Assembly: GCA_001642005.1 (NCBI GenBank)
Contig: LWCA01000101.1
Span: 1 to 55,360, forward strand
DNA: 55,360 nt
DNA from: Intoshia linei
Lineage: Eukaryota; Animalia; Orthonectida
Reading direction: 5' to 3'
Each line of letters begins with the position of its first letter. Position 1 is the stretch's first letter. Positions 14,001 through 27,418 of this stretch are shown one piece after another. Both the position numbers and the translations under genes were made by a program. The notes under the pieces are model-generated. The model saw nothing but the letters and a program-made list of their open reading frames with translations. It was not told the origin of the DNA and did no database searches.

Positions 14001-17000
14001 ATATTTTATTTTTTCACATCTAAAATTACTTGCATCCAGATGACTAACTCACTATTAATTAGTTCTCTATGTCTTAATTTTATTACTCATTAACTTGTAA
14101 TGGTAACATGTTAATAATAATGGTTAACATTAATATATTTGTGTATAATCACGATACGTAGATTATGGTGATACAAAAAGGGGTACATTTGGGAAAATAC
14201 AAAGATTTATCAATATAAAATATGAATAGCTCTTTAAATATAACACTGTAATAAAAATATTTGTTGATCGCAAAAAACCATCCGACCAGGCGTTTAATAT
14301 ATGTATTAATTTAATCTATTATTACAGTCATGTAATTTAATTAGTAACAAGTTTAATGTATTAGAGTTTAATCTTTGTATTTTGGATATTGAAACACGAA
14401 TATAAGCATTTAACTTGCCAAAGAAAGGCAATAAAGGTATACCCAATGGTGAAACCCTTTTTTATTGATATAACGCAATTAATTTAATTTAATGATTCAA
14501 TAACTCAACCTTGCTGCTTTGGTAAATTTATTATTATATATTGACCAACTTTTAATATAATAGCATAAGCAAACAATGATATTTAATTGTGGTAAATAAT
14601 TATGTAGAGTGCTACCTTTCTTCACGAATTCTTATATCTTTGATTAACTAAAAATTTATAATCATTCCCGCCTGTGTGTAGTGTTAGGTAAATCTATAAA
14701 AAAGATTTCTCCTGTAAATGAAGTAAAACAACATAATTTTGGTTAAAACTCCATAGTTTTCAATCAAAAATGTCTTAAAAGATTATTAATTATTCGGACA
14801 ATTTGTTTTTTCTAAAATATAGAATCTACAGTTTAATTTATTTCAGAATTGACTTTTATGAATTTTTTAACTGATTCGTGTTTACTCCCGATTATAGTAG
14901 CTTCTGTTTCCAAACAAACTATTTATTTTAATATTAATAGTTAATAATTAACTATTAATCTTTCTATTATTATAATCAAATTCATTAAATTTATTATTTT
15001 TTGGGGAATTATAAACTTGCAATCCCATATTTGATGCATAAATAAAAGCCACGAGAAATATGTTATCAGTTTTACATTTAAGCGTTTATAAGCAATGCAT
15101 ACATAATTTATGTATATATAATGTATATTAATGAATATTATGTAAACTAAAATACACTTATAATGATTATTGCCATATAGAATTTTTATCGCAATAAATA
15201 GTTGATTCTGATATCAGAATATTTACCACCAAGAAAACTTGTTATTAATTTCATTATTCACTGAAATTAATAAATTATATTAATATTGACGTGATATTTT
15301 TCTAACTAGTTTTAGAATTTCATCAACCATTACAAATAAGCCATTTATGTAAGTCATTTTTTCTGCATACAATGTAGTCCATACATACATATTTAGTTTA
15401 TTCTTAGTAAATATACATTATTACAAAATTGATTTTTGACTGCTGTCCTACATAAAATTAGAATATTAATGGATTTGATTTTTATATGTCCGCTATATAT
15501 CAAATCAATTTTTGTTAAATTTGCAGTAATAATAAATATATTATTCGATAATCCTAGACCAGGGTTGGGAACATGCGGCCTTATTGACGATTTGGTGCGG
15601 GCTTAACATAAAAATATGTCATATTCATTATTTTTGAATTAATTTACATTTTAAATTGTCAAATTTTAACTATCAATTTAGTAAATAGAAATTTTAAATT
15701 TTATTACACTTTATTATAATGTTTATAAAGTCGAATCTACGATCTCAAATCTCTAACGTGCATTTAGAAAATCAATTAAAATTAATTACTTTTAGTATAG
15801 TACCAAATATAAAAGCTCTTTATTTGAGAAAAACATGTCAAAAAACATTAAAATATATTTAATTTCTTAATAATTTTTAACAACATTTTTATCGACCATT
15901 AAAACTAACCGTATAATCTTTAGTTTCGATGAATTGAATTGATTTTCGTCTCTATCTATATTATTTAACAGCTTAAAAAATTTTGTATTTATGATCAATT
16001 TTTAAAAATTGCAAATAACCTATATATTATATATCTACTAGGTTGACTGTTGTGTACTACGTACAAACAGGACCTAGCTCTACTGAGGGCACATTTTTTT
16101 TATACATAAAAAATAAATTTACGTTGAAAATATATTACTTAAAAATCCTATTATTCACTATTATCAATCCTTTAAAGGAGTGGTTCCCAAATTTGTTTCA
16201 GGTGGAACAATCATATCACATTACTTTTTATTTTAAAGTGAATTATTCCATCTTAATTTTTTGTTTGTTAACATTTGTGTAAAAGAATTTTAAAAACAAA
16301 ATTGTTATGCCATTTTTTTAATATATTAGACAGAATGTGTGTATAATAATTAAAAATAAAGTTAAAACAGTCCAATCCTAAAAATTGTCATAAGTCAATT
16401 ACGACATAAGTCGTCACTTATTCGGATTGAATTTTTTTGTGTTTTAATGGGATACAACTGTAGCACCTGTAAATTTTTTTTAAATTCTAGAGCTGTTTTC
16501 ATTAAAAAAAGAAGGGTAATTTGGGTTTTGGCCCTGAAGATATAATTTTTTTAAATTTAAGTTTATGATGATAAAATCAGTATTAGCGTATACATTTTTT
16601 AAAATTCTCCAACTCGTTTGATTTTCAAAAAAAAGGACAATTGGGGTTTTTGACCCGTAAGATCTGAGTTTGGGAGATTGAAATTTATTTTGCCAACACC
16701 TCCGAGAAAAACTGTAATTGAAATGTGGACTTTATAAAATTATGAGACTGGTAGTTATTTAAATAAACTGGAACACACACACATATAAACAAAAATCGTG
16801 TAGCTTATTATATAAGTAAGCATATGACTATATTTTTTATCTCACGGTGCGGCCTCATCAATGTCAAATTATTGGAATGTGGTCTTATGTATGAAATGGA
16901 ATCCCTGTCCTAGACATGATGATTGAAAATTTTAGAACAATTTTTATCGATAACAATTAAACAATTAAACGAACAATTAAAAAGGTTATTTATCGTTTAC

Positions 17001-20000
17001 CAACTCTGTTAAACTCATATTAAACAAATATATAAGGGTTAAAAAAATAAATTAAAAAATTTTAGATAGTCACTTTTAATTACAACTGCTTCCATAAACA
17101 CGTTTTATAGTAATTTAAATAAATATATTTATAGGAATTTTAACACGTGAAGAAAGCAATAATATATTGTTAAATTCTAAAGATGGAACATATTTGATCA
17201 AATTGTCTTTCAAAATATACGGATACACTTTAGGAATAAAAATGAAAAATGGCATAATAAACTATCTTATAGAAAAGAATTCACAACAATTTTATGTGTT
17301 TTTTGGAAAGCCAAAACCGGAGTTTTCCACATTAAACGAATTGATACAATTCTATAATGTATGATTTTTTATATTTTATTTATTCACAAGTCGACATTAA
17401 TTAATTTATTATTAGCATACAATGTATACTATAAATATATTCATTAATATACTGGGTTGATATAGATCAGGGGTGCGAGACTCAATTTTCTTGGCGGGCC
17501 AAATTTGAATAAAAATTATTACGCGGACACACAAAAAAAATTTTTACTCAATATTTTATGTTAAAACTAATAGTTTTAATTTATTCATTAAATGAAATAA
17601 TAAACAATCATAATAAAATAAGTGTACAAATAATATTAAAATTAAGTAATAAATCATGAATAAATAAATTATGAAAAATATATAAAAAAACTAAAAAAAG
17701 AAATACAGTAAACTCTGTCTATAAGAACACTGTCTGTAAGAACAGTTATGAATATTTTTATAGTTTAGTAAATTTTCTGCATTATTATTAATGTACTAAC
17801 GTTTTCATTATTGACTAAATTAATGTTCGACTCTTTCTATAAGAACAGCTTCTGAATTGTAGGGAGTTTACTTTTTGTGTAAAAAAATGTTATAAAAATA
17901 AAAATTGATATTATAGCGCACATTTCACAATTGGGCCCCACAATATAGACTCTATATCAAGGGTGTACAACCTGTGGATTTTATATTTATGTGAGAGCGT
18001 TTATGTGCGGCCGTGGGCATTAGATCATAATGCAATATATCAATGTACTTCAAATTGAAATGTTTAAATCAGATTTTATTCAAGGGAAATTTAAAATATT
18101 TTAATCAAAAAGTTACATTTTCGACTTTCCCCCAGTTCCTCAAATTGGATTTAAACTTTCAAACTTTCGATGTATTTGGGCCGATTCATGTTTTTCATAC
18201 TATACCAAGATTACATTATTATTTATGTTTATAATTAAAGCATGTTAAAATGTAGGCATCTTATTACAAAATGGCCTGATTTAAATTTTGCTGTTGATTT
18301 ATTGTGCAATGAAATACACCATTTTACATCAAATTAAAAAAGTTTAAATGAGATTTTATTCAAGAGAAATTTAAAATTTTTTTATCAAAAAGTTACATTT
18401 TTGACTTTGATGACTTTCTCAATTTCAAAGTAAACTTTGTGCACCCCTGATCTATATTATAGACCAAATAAAATAAATTCTTAACTACAGGTTAAATGTA
18501 TATTTATCTTGATTTATACAATTATAATACTTTGTGGTGTCTCCTTTAGTAATGATTAGGACTGTAATTCTTTAAAGTATTGTATTTTTAAGAATTTTTG
18601 GTTTTTCGACAATTGTTTAATTTTGAATGAATTCCTCAGTCAAAATTTATTGCATCAATCAATTCAGATTTTAATCTAATTCTAATTTTAATTTGGTGGA
18701 CCTCATCTTTCAATTTCAAAAATACTATTTTCTAAGGCTTTCATATTTGACAAATAATATTTTGACCAGAAATACCCTTATCTGCAAAATAGCATTGGAT
18801 GGATTTATATTTGTGCAAGGAGTTAAATCTTGCTAGAATATATATTTTTCATTTATATTTCATTTAGATATTTCAATTAAAAACAATTCTAAAACAATTC
18901 TTGCAAACTTTTTGGTTCATTCTATTTTCCACAATCTGTATTTTACTAATATTCATAACGGATATAACTACAAACCATAACGTTCCAAGGAAATATGACT
19001 GTTTTTTTGGTACAATCTGATCTAAATGCTTCATTTGACCTTCTTATATTTCCATCATACTTATATATTCGTCAGAAAATATGACAAATAAATCAATTAA
19101 CTGGAATTCTATTAATTAAAATAAAATTAAAAATTAGTGACTATTTGTTTTTTTAATAAAGATTAATTACCTTTCTACAGTCACTTTTAGTTCAATTTTC
19201 GTACTTTTTTGACAATTCAAATATATATTTGTTCATATTTATAGATAAAAGGGGTTTTTTCATTTTTTTGTTAATTTATATCCGGCTTTAAACAATCAAC
19301 GGTTAACAGTAATTCTTGATATATGTATATTTTGTGATTTAAGTTTTATAACTTCTAACTTTTGATTTCAGAAAAACTTGAATTTATGTTTTCTATGCTT
19401 TTTTTACAACTGTTCTAACAGTTTTTTCGGTTGTGGACTTTTTCATACCAAACATTTTTTTGTTCGAATCAAAATATTGCATGATTTGTAATTTTTCTTT
19501 TTATTAACTAAACAATTTATTGAGACACACTAAATAAATCAGCAATTTTTTTTGATTCCAATTTGAATTTTATAAAAAGTTTAGTAAAATTTTTTTATCG
19601 GAAGGAACATCTTGTCTTTTAACCATACTAAATTTAGCAATTTTTAAATTTACATTACATATTATTAATGCTCTGTAAGAATATTTTAAGTCACTTGACT
19701 AATGATGCCTAACCTCGGCGGTAGCGCTTACCTATGCGATTTACTCTTTTTCTACTTTCTTGATAAGTACACTAAAAACTTTATAATTAATTTATTAACA
19801 TTATAAATAAAATTATTCATATTTTGAGTAGAAAAAAATAATGTTTTATGTTATTCTATTTCTACGATCATTCACATGCTTGTTTTTTTCTATGAAAATC
19901 TATAAAAAATATCTTTTCAAATTTAACTGCTAAAAAATAAATTTGTAAAAATTATTTATTAAACACCTTTTCGCATAACCGAACCTACCATATCCATAGA

Positions 20001-20386
20001 CCCTTTTTCGATGTCTATTACATATATGTATTTCATTTAAATAATATTGACAACTGACTAAAATGTGTTTTAAACAAATTTTCTCGTATTCTACATTGTT
20101 GACAATAAACATGCTTTAATATTAAGTTATATCTTTTAACAGGCAGAATATAAATTTAAAAAATAAATTTATTAAGGGTGAGATGTAATTTTTTTTATGA
20201 CGCGATAGACAAAAAAGGTAGGAATCATATCATTTCACCCTAAAAATTTTTCAATCGATTCACATACATGCGAAATATATGTTAATGTTTATTTAGAGAT
20301 CACCTATAACATGGAATGGTATGGAAGTTTTGCAACATGTCCCTATGTGTCAAGAAAAACAAAATATTACCGAACTTGTAACTTGA
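5074..20386 (+). CDS. SH2D4: SH2 domain-containing protein 4 (SH2D4A/B-like), multi-exon
   Basis: The N-terminus MLKTILKNMYVDPELLNDLDEEQMQILFYQIRQ|EQLRRY matches the SH2D4 signature, with an RVxF-like KKINF. Mid exons give EEDWKEREQKAREAEKQK. Exon 13397-13512 gives ILNWFKREE..PWFYG. The SH2 exon is 17135-17358 and the last exon 20297-20386 reads RSPITWNGMEVLQHVPMCQ..ELVT*. Exons between about 5430 and 11500 are only partly resolved. Confidence 0.9.
6106..6610. mobile_element. hAT-type MITE
   Basis: TIRs cagagccgttttaag / cttaagacgactctg; perfect 8-bp TSD catgtatg at 6098-6105 and 6611-6618. Confidence 0.9.
7669..8356 (+). mobile_element. Non-autonomous Helitron, 3'-truncated, duplicated 5' terminus
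   Basis: a^TCCTTACTTATAC at 7669, then a^TCCTAACTTGTATA at 7685; family core follows. Confidence 0.85.
8356..9102. mobile_element. Decayed TAGGGTGTCACA-type hAT MITE
   Basis: Left part matches 670-800. Right end attctttgatggatgtgacaccct is the reverse complement of the 39288 terminus. Confidence 0.55.
10052..10792 (-). mobile_element. Near-complete non-autonomous Helitron
   Basis: On the - strand it reads A^TC...hairpin tgtac-gta-gtaca...CCAG^T, with no TSD. Confidence 0.88.
10795..10867 (-). repeat. Fragment of the left subterminal region of the hAT element at 46846
   Basis: Reverse complement of about 46858-46928 (agtccaaaaagtcaaaa..cacagattaat..gaaaatt). Confidence 0.7.
12824..13080. 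mobile_element. hAT (Buster/Charlie-like) MITE
   Basis: TIRs cagtggccaccaaac / gtttggtggtcactg; degenerate TSD gtttagtg/ttttactg. Confidence 0.75.
15560..16907. mobile_element. hAT MITE carrying a nested Helitron
   Basis: caggg...ccctg ends; perfect TSD tcctagac at 15552-15559 and 16908-16915. Confidence 0.85.
16038..16822 (-). mobile_element. Complete non-autonomous Helitron nested in the hAT MITE
   Basis: 3' CTAG^T with subterminal hairpin; 5' a^TGCTTACTTATA, a TC-to-TG variant of the terminus. Confidence 0.88.
17958..18449. mobile_element. hAT MITE with an internal ~100-bp direct duplication
   Basis: Ends caagggtgtaca / tgtgcacccctg; TSD ctctatat/atctatat; about 18031-18130 is repeated at about 18306-18410. 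Confidence 0.75.
18524..19626 (-). pseudogene. Decayed Tc1-family transposase in the last SH2D4 intron
   Basis: The - strand reads MVKRQDVP..NQKKIADLFSVSQ (HTH), SRITVNR*LFKAG, VIFSDE, RRSNEAFRSDCTKKTV..VMV, YIF*QD and KGDTTKY, with many stops and frameshifts. Confidence 0.85.
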
Positions 20387-21983
20387 GCTTAAATTAAACT
20401 AAATTTATCATATTAATATTATTTCTGTTTTATATATTACATGTAATTGTATTGTTTCCTTTTATTTTATCATGAATTTTATGAAATAAAATTATATCTT
20501 GCAACGTTCTTTAATCCAGGAATATGAAATCGTGTTACGTGGGACAGTAGTGGATCTAGTTGGGGTGCAAGGGGGCAGCCGCCCCCTGGAGTGACAAATA
20601 GGCACTTAAAATATTATAATTTGCATAACATGGGGTAAAATTAAAAAAATTCTATGACATACTAAATTAAATTAAATTACTTTTAATGAATAATTCTTGT
20701 TATCATTGTTTACGTTTTATGTAGATAAATTTGTTATCGGAGTTTAACAGCAGTTTAAGTTAAATTATCCAACAATTGAAAAATAAAAAGATATTTTTCA
20801 ATTAATTGATTTTTTTTCTATAACTGAAAAAATATAAATTGAATTCATTTATTAACGAATGGTTGGATAAAAAATTAATTAAAATTTTTTTATGTAGTTC
20901 AAAAATTAAATTTAATCATTATACACTGTAATTTAAAATAATACAATATTAAGGTGTCAAGTTGACACTGGCAACACTCGTTGTAGCGTATCGCAGTCCC
21001 ACCATGCTTTATTTATTTCCAGAAACAATTTTATCTCCAAATTCGAAGGAAGAAATAAATATTATGAAAATATTTTCTAAATACTAACAACTTTTTATTA
21101 TTCTATGCAATTTTAGGAAAATAGAAACGCGTTTGTCATCAGAAAGATGATTTATTTAACCTACTAGCATTACTGTTATGTACTTCGGACAAACAGCATC
21201 CTAATATATTTATTATTATCACATGACCAGTTTTTTAAAAATTATTATGATATTGTTATCAATATTTAATTAATTGAAATTTTTTTATATTTTAAAAACT
21301 AATTTATTGCAATTATTTCATATAAATCAATTAATTACAATCCCTGATTCTACTTATGGATCTTATTTATTAATAAAAATTTAATAATATTTAATATTTA
21401 GACATAAATATAATACCCACTTTATTTTAATATTTGAAAAAATTTGCATTTTCTCTATTTACATGTTAATTTAAATATTATTTGAATTTAACGTGTAAAA
21501 TTTTACTGTAAATGACTATACTTGATATCATTCTTATATTGATGATTTTATTATTGACATACAAATATTTAAACTGTATTTGAATCGCCAAGTCAAAATC
21601 GAAAAAATCCACATAAAATCACAAATTTCCAATAAGACAAGATAAGAATTTATCAACACCGACAATGATAATACATGTATTGCTTCAATAATTATAATTT
21701 ATTAATAAATATTTAATGTATCTTTAAATATTGACATTAAATACAGAGAAACGCACCCTAAAATGTTGAAGCTAATAATAAATATCATTCATAGTAATAA
21801 TATTAATAACTAATTCTAAGGCATATTGATATTTGTCGTAGACATGTCATGTTATTTTTATTCTGATTTTACAGTTCCAATCCTAGTTCATTAACCCAAA
21901 CCTTCTGAATTTGGAAAAAAATATTATAAATAGCAAACAAAAAGTAGTTAAAATTAAATTCTGAAATTTTATTTTATGTAATA

Positions 21984-24900
21984 ATGCATGTAATTAGTTT
22001 GATAAAATGTGTACATTTAATAAGTATTATCTTGATCGCATCAGCAGAATACAATTCAAATGATGTATGCATAGTTGGTGCCGGATTAGCGGCCTTACAA
22101 ATTGCCCATGGATTTCAACAAAGGGATGTGAATTATATTATATTTGAAAAATCGAATCGTGTGGGAAAATTTTTTGAACATTTCCCTAGGCATAGAAAGT
22201 TAATTTCTCTAAACAAAATATACACTGGACAAAAAAATGATGAATTTAACATGAGACACGATTGGAATTCTATTTACACCACAGATGAAGAATTTAGAAT
22301 TTCAAAGTTTTCTAAAGAATTTTTCCCCATGGCTGATGATTTTCTAGATTACATTAATGATTTTTATCAAAAACATAAATTTAATGTAATTTCACTGTGT
22401 AACTTAAATAATGGATATTTTAAAGGTTCGATTTAATACCCACATTAATAAAGTAAAAAGCAATGGAGATCGTTTCACATTGGTCAAAAAAAATGGACTG
22501 ATTCATGACTGCGGGTAAATATTTACTTATTATTAATTTATATTATAGATCTGTAATCATTGCAACCGGTGTTTCAGAATCAAATAAATTAGACATTGTC
22601 GGCAAAGAAAATATTATCGATTATGCGGATCTTTCCACAGACCCTAAAGATTATATTAACAAAAATGTTTTGATATTGGGTCTAGGAAATTCAGCATTTG
22701 AGGTTTAATTTTCAAGTATAAATAATAATATTTAGACGGCTGATTCCATTTATAGTCACACGGCCAGTGTTAGGTTTCTAACTTTAATTTCTGATAATAT
22801 CTTATTTATAGAATGGTTGGAAATACCAGAATACGTTTGTCTTGGGAAACCCATTATGTTGGTGATTTAAGGTACTTTTTAAATATTTTTTTATCATTAT
22901 TCTGTATTTTGTTTAAAAATTTTGCATATAAGGTGATTATCAATTAAATCATACATGTATATGGATCCTGGTTGTCTATTGTAGGACTATATATTGGTCG
23001 TCGACCAGTGATGTATATTCAGAACCTATAAAATATGTTTTTATTTTAAAGTCATGGTATATAGGGCAATATCTGTTCATTAAGATTAAGAAATTAGACA
23101 TATTTTTCCCATCTGCATCTAGATCCAACCGTATAGGAAAATACCATAAGTTTACCGGTGCCAGTACTAGTTATATTTGGCAAAAATTGTTATATATCTT
23201 AGTTTTAACATTACGGATCCTAAAGTTTTTCAAAAAAAACACTTTATTTTTTTAATATTTTTTTTATTTGTACATTTTACATTTGTTTTTTTACATTATC
23301 CTTCATTTAACGAAATATTTTTTCATGAGCGTTTCTATGAATTTATTGCGTTTGGTTAATTTAACATAAAATATAAAATATATAATATATATTATTATTA
23401 TTATTATATATTAAATATTAAAATATATTTTAGAATTAAAATAATCCTAACTTATATAATATGATACGCGATTTTTATGTGTGTGTGTTACGCTTTATTG
23501 AAATAACTACCAGTCTTAGAATTTTTTAAAGACCATATTTCAATTACAGTTTTTTCCGAGACGTATAATAACATAATTTTCAACCTCCCAAATTCACATC
23601 TTACGGGTCCAAAACCTCAATGGTCCTGTTTTTTTAAAATCAAACGAGTTGGATAATTTAAAAAAATATATACGCTGATGACGCGGATTTTAAAATTATA
23701 AACATTATCATAAATTATATCATCAAGGCCAAAATTACAAATTACAGATAAATTTTTTAATGAAAACATTCCTAGAATTTAAAAAAATGTACAGGTTGTA
23801 CAGTTGTATCATGTTAACACACACAGAAAATTTCAATCCGAATAAGTGACGACTTCACGGTCAAACAAGCATTTTAGTATGCATATTTTTTTTACATTTA
23901 TTAGCTTTATTATACGCTTATTATATAAATCATTTTTAGTATGCATGTTATATAAACAAATAATGTGAAATAATTAACTCTCCAAAAAAATTAAAAAAAT
24001 ACATTATTCTGATAGAGCTTATTCCAATTGATATAAATACAAAAGTTCAACCAGAGAAATCTACACATTCCCAATAAAAAATAATTTTTAATATATTATT
24101 AACCAATATTTTTCAAATATTTCAATTAAAATAGAAATTGAAAATGTAAATATTGATCCAACAATTTCAAAAAAAATGTGCATTGAACGTCTACACATTT
24201 CCAATAAAAAAATATGGGTGAAAATCTATATAATTCATTCCTTTGGAATTTGAAAATGGTGTCCGCAACACAAATAGACATTATTTTAAAAATAAATACA
24301 CTAATTATATTGATATTTCATCAATACACTAAACCTGCACTAGACGGCAGATAAATTCCATTTTTTCCAAAAAATATTACACCCTAATGCAGGGATCGGC
24401 AACGAGTGGCCACAGAATAGTTTTGGTGACTCTTTGAGATTTTTAGATAATCATTTTAAAACTGAATTTTCAGATAGTCCTTGAATTTATTTATTTGAAT
24501 ATACTAGAACCGTTTATATTAAGTAAAAATTGAAAATTAGAATGTGTAAATTTTCAAAAACAGGGCCGGTATAATTTTTTGGTATAAAAAAGTGGCCCAC
24601 GAGATTCAAAAGTTTGTCTACCCCTGCCCTAATTTATATCATATATAAATACTCTTAATAATTAATTAATACATTAATGTATTAATTAATCTTAAATAAT
24701 TTGTAAAAATTAATTATAAATAATTAGAGGCATAAATAATTCCCCATTGGATACTTATATGCTGAAGAGTTTGGATACTGTTAACGAGCTACCATTAAAA
24801 AATATGTCAATAGTAAAAAGATCAGATGGTCGACTAGATGTTGATGTTTGGATGCCAGTAATTGACGAAAATCGCAATTCATATCATGCAGAGAAACAGG

Positions 24901-26938
24901 ATTCATTTTTCTTCAGAGAACCGTTCGACTTTGTTTTGAATTGCATTGGCTTTCATTTTGATGAATCCATTTTGGAAGAGTTATTGATATGTGTCTAAAT
25001 AATATTTAAATTTAGAAAATTACAGCCAACTCGATCTGGATGTCATGGAAAATACCCCAGTATGAAAGAAAATTATGAATCCAATATTGTTCCAAATCTA
25101 TTTTATGCAGGAACGATAGGACATGCTCTTGATCACAGAAAAGCGGCGGGTGCTTTCATTCATGGATTTAGATATACAGGTATTTATAATGATGTGTGAT
25201 TGTTTACTTACGAAATTAAGATGAACATTAATCTATGTTATTTATTCACATACATGTTATTATTATCTTAACACATATTCAATATATAAAATGGAAATGA
25301 TACCTAATCGTGTTCCGCGAAATAATAGACGTACAATGTAATTATAATGGTTTCTATGAATACCTTAAATAGGTTTAATAGGTCGCGAGATAAAAACGTT
25401 GAAGAGCACTTTTGTATGTTATGTGTGTAAGATTTTTAAAGAAATAACGTTTATATATTAGAATATTATGTAAACTCAAAAAAAATACATTTATTAAAAC
25501 ATTAAGATATTTATTATATATGTAATTATATATATAATAATAATTAATTTTATATTTATTAGCCAAGGCTTTGTCGCACATAGTTGAAAAGCGAATATAT
25601 AATCGCAAATGGCCATCTCGCATATATCCAATTTCAGAATTATTAAACACGGTGATAAAAAGAGTAAGTGAGTCATCAGCTCTATATCAAATGTATGGAA
25701 TTTACGGAGATATATATGCAATTAGAGAGTAAACTTTAAAATATTAATTTTATAATTATTACGTTATATTGATTGAATCAATGTGGTACTATCGCGAAAT
25801 ATTTAGGTCGCAGATACATATTTTCCGATGAGTTATATAATACAACTTATATGCATATGCATGACTCCAACTCGGGTTACGGGTTTTTCAAAATTAAAAA
25901 ATGAACCGATTAAGTTGAATTTCTTCTAAAATGTGGTATCAAAAACATTTTGTACGATAAAGTACAAAATTCGTAAAAAAATAGTGAATTCTTAATCGAT
26001 CTGAACAATTTGGACTATTCTAAAAGTTAAGATTTACTGCTTAGCAGTTATTTCTAACGGACCCTTTTTAAAATGATTTATAGGTCATGTTTAGCAAACT
26101 TTAATTGTGTTTTAGCGTTAATTTTTTAAAAGAATAATTTTAATAGAAAATCGCGAATCGATATTTTAATAAATAATGAATAATGCTAGGATATTATTGC
26201 AATTAATTGTTTATTACATTACTATTTTTTTAATATTAATATTAATGTCAATTTCTGTCTTTCATATTTATATTCTATTGTTTTGCTTCAATAATGATTA
26301 TTATATTAATTTTTACAATTAATATAAAAAGGAAATTATCATACAGTTTATGAATTTATAATTATTATGTAGAGTTTATGAATTCTTTAATTATAATATA
26401 ATAGTAATGGAGAAACCTTTGAACATGTAAAAGAATTTCCATTATGCAATTTGGCAAATTTTGAAGAATCAACTGGAATACATTTAGATAAATTCTATGC
26501 TACTTTCATGCAACTAGGAAAGAATTTCTCTGGTATCGGTTTAGATACATTTTACTATAAAAGAATCATTGATGATTTACAAGATTCTCATCGTGTTAAT
26601 TTTATACATCCAGCCATTTACTATTATGAAAAAGTTCCAACGGGTATTTTAATTTAAAATGCACAATCAAAATTATTTATCAGGTGAAATGAAAAATAAA
26701 TACCATTCTAGCTATTGTTTGTGCAAACCAAAAATGGCTCATTTCATTACTGGTGATGCTATTACAATTTGGGACGCTCCGATAGCACACCATTTACTTA
26801 CCCGCAAATTTTTCCAAGAAACATTAAAAATGGATTTAAGGCATTATACCGATGAAAATTGCTACAAACTATTACTAAAACATGGATCATTACCTATTAC
26901 ATGTCGTCAACACTATTTGTCTAATAAAGGGATAGGAG
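21984..26938 (+). CDS. FOXRED2: FAD-dependent oxidoreductase domain-containing protein 2 (ERFAD), 10 exons, 606 codons; probably continues into the downstream TXNDC16-like exons
   Basis: Signal peptide, GAGLAALQ Rossmann motif, FPRHRKLISLNK, FNMRHDWNS, GLGNSAFE, LSWETHYVGDLRGINN..LDTYMLKSLD, FIHGFRYT and CRQHYL. Exons 21984-22385, 22426-22514, 22549-22702, 22736-22773, 22812-22871, 24728-24979, 25016-25179, 25563-25728, 26405-26643 and 26684-26938 are all phase-consistent. Confidence 0.95.
23445..24251 (+). mobile_element. Non-autonomous Helitron, 3'-truncated, in a FOXRED2 intron
   Basis: a^TCCTAACTTATATAATATG 5' end, (TG)n and family core; reverse-complement match to 3365-4144. Confidence 0.85.
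24390..24626. mobile_element. hAT MITE
   Basis: caggg...cccctg ends; TSD ccctaatg/ccctaatt. Confidence 0.75.
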
Positions 26939-27004
26939 GTTTTAAATTTTACATATACATAATGTATAATCAGTGTTACTCAACTAAATATATTATATAT
27001 ATAT

Positions 27005-27098
27005 CAGTGGTTCTTAAACTTTAAATATGACGGAACCCCTATTTTAATTGTTGTCGTTCATAAGGGGATCGCAAGGTATAAAAGGTTGAGAACCATTG
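27005..27098. mobile_element. 94-bp hAT MITE in the FOXRED2/TXNDC16 junction intron
   Basis: TIRs cagtggttcttaa / ttgagaaccattg. Confidence 0.7.
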
Positions 27099-27418
27099 AG
27101 TTATATGATCCACAAAAATTACTCGTAATTTACGAGTCGTAAACAATAAGAAATTTCTTGTTTAAACATTTTTAAAAAATTATAAAGTGTTTATAAGTTT
27201 TCATAAATTTTAACTTATATAAAAGGCTACGCGATTTTTGTTTGTGTGTCTGTGTGTGTGACTTTATTGAAATAAAATTTTAAAATTTTAAATTACGTGA
27301 AAAATAGGTTTTTCTAATAAAAAAAGTGGACACTTTAGTGTAGAATGTACATTAATTATATATATATATATATTAATTACATGTACATGTCTTTGATAAT
27401 GGAGTATAACTAATTTAG

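Noticed and set aside
14100-15500. Nested antisense gene in an SH2D4 intron
   Set aside because: Only short open frames, no recognisable motif and no consistent exon chain.
26939-27024. FOXRED2 C-terminus GFKFYIYIMY..SVVLKL* as given by the ORF track
   Set aside because: Low-complexity AT-rich sequence beyond the end of homology, stop codon inside a MITE and no ER-retrieval motif; better explained as intron. Not formally excluded.
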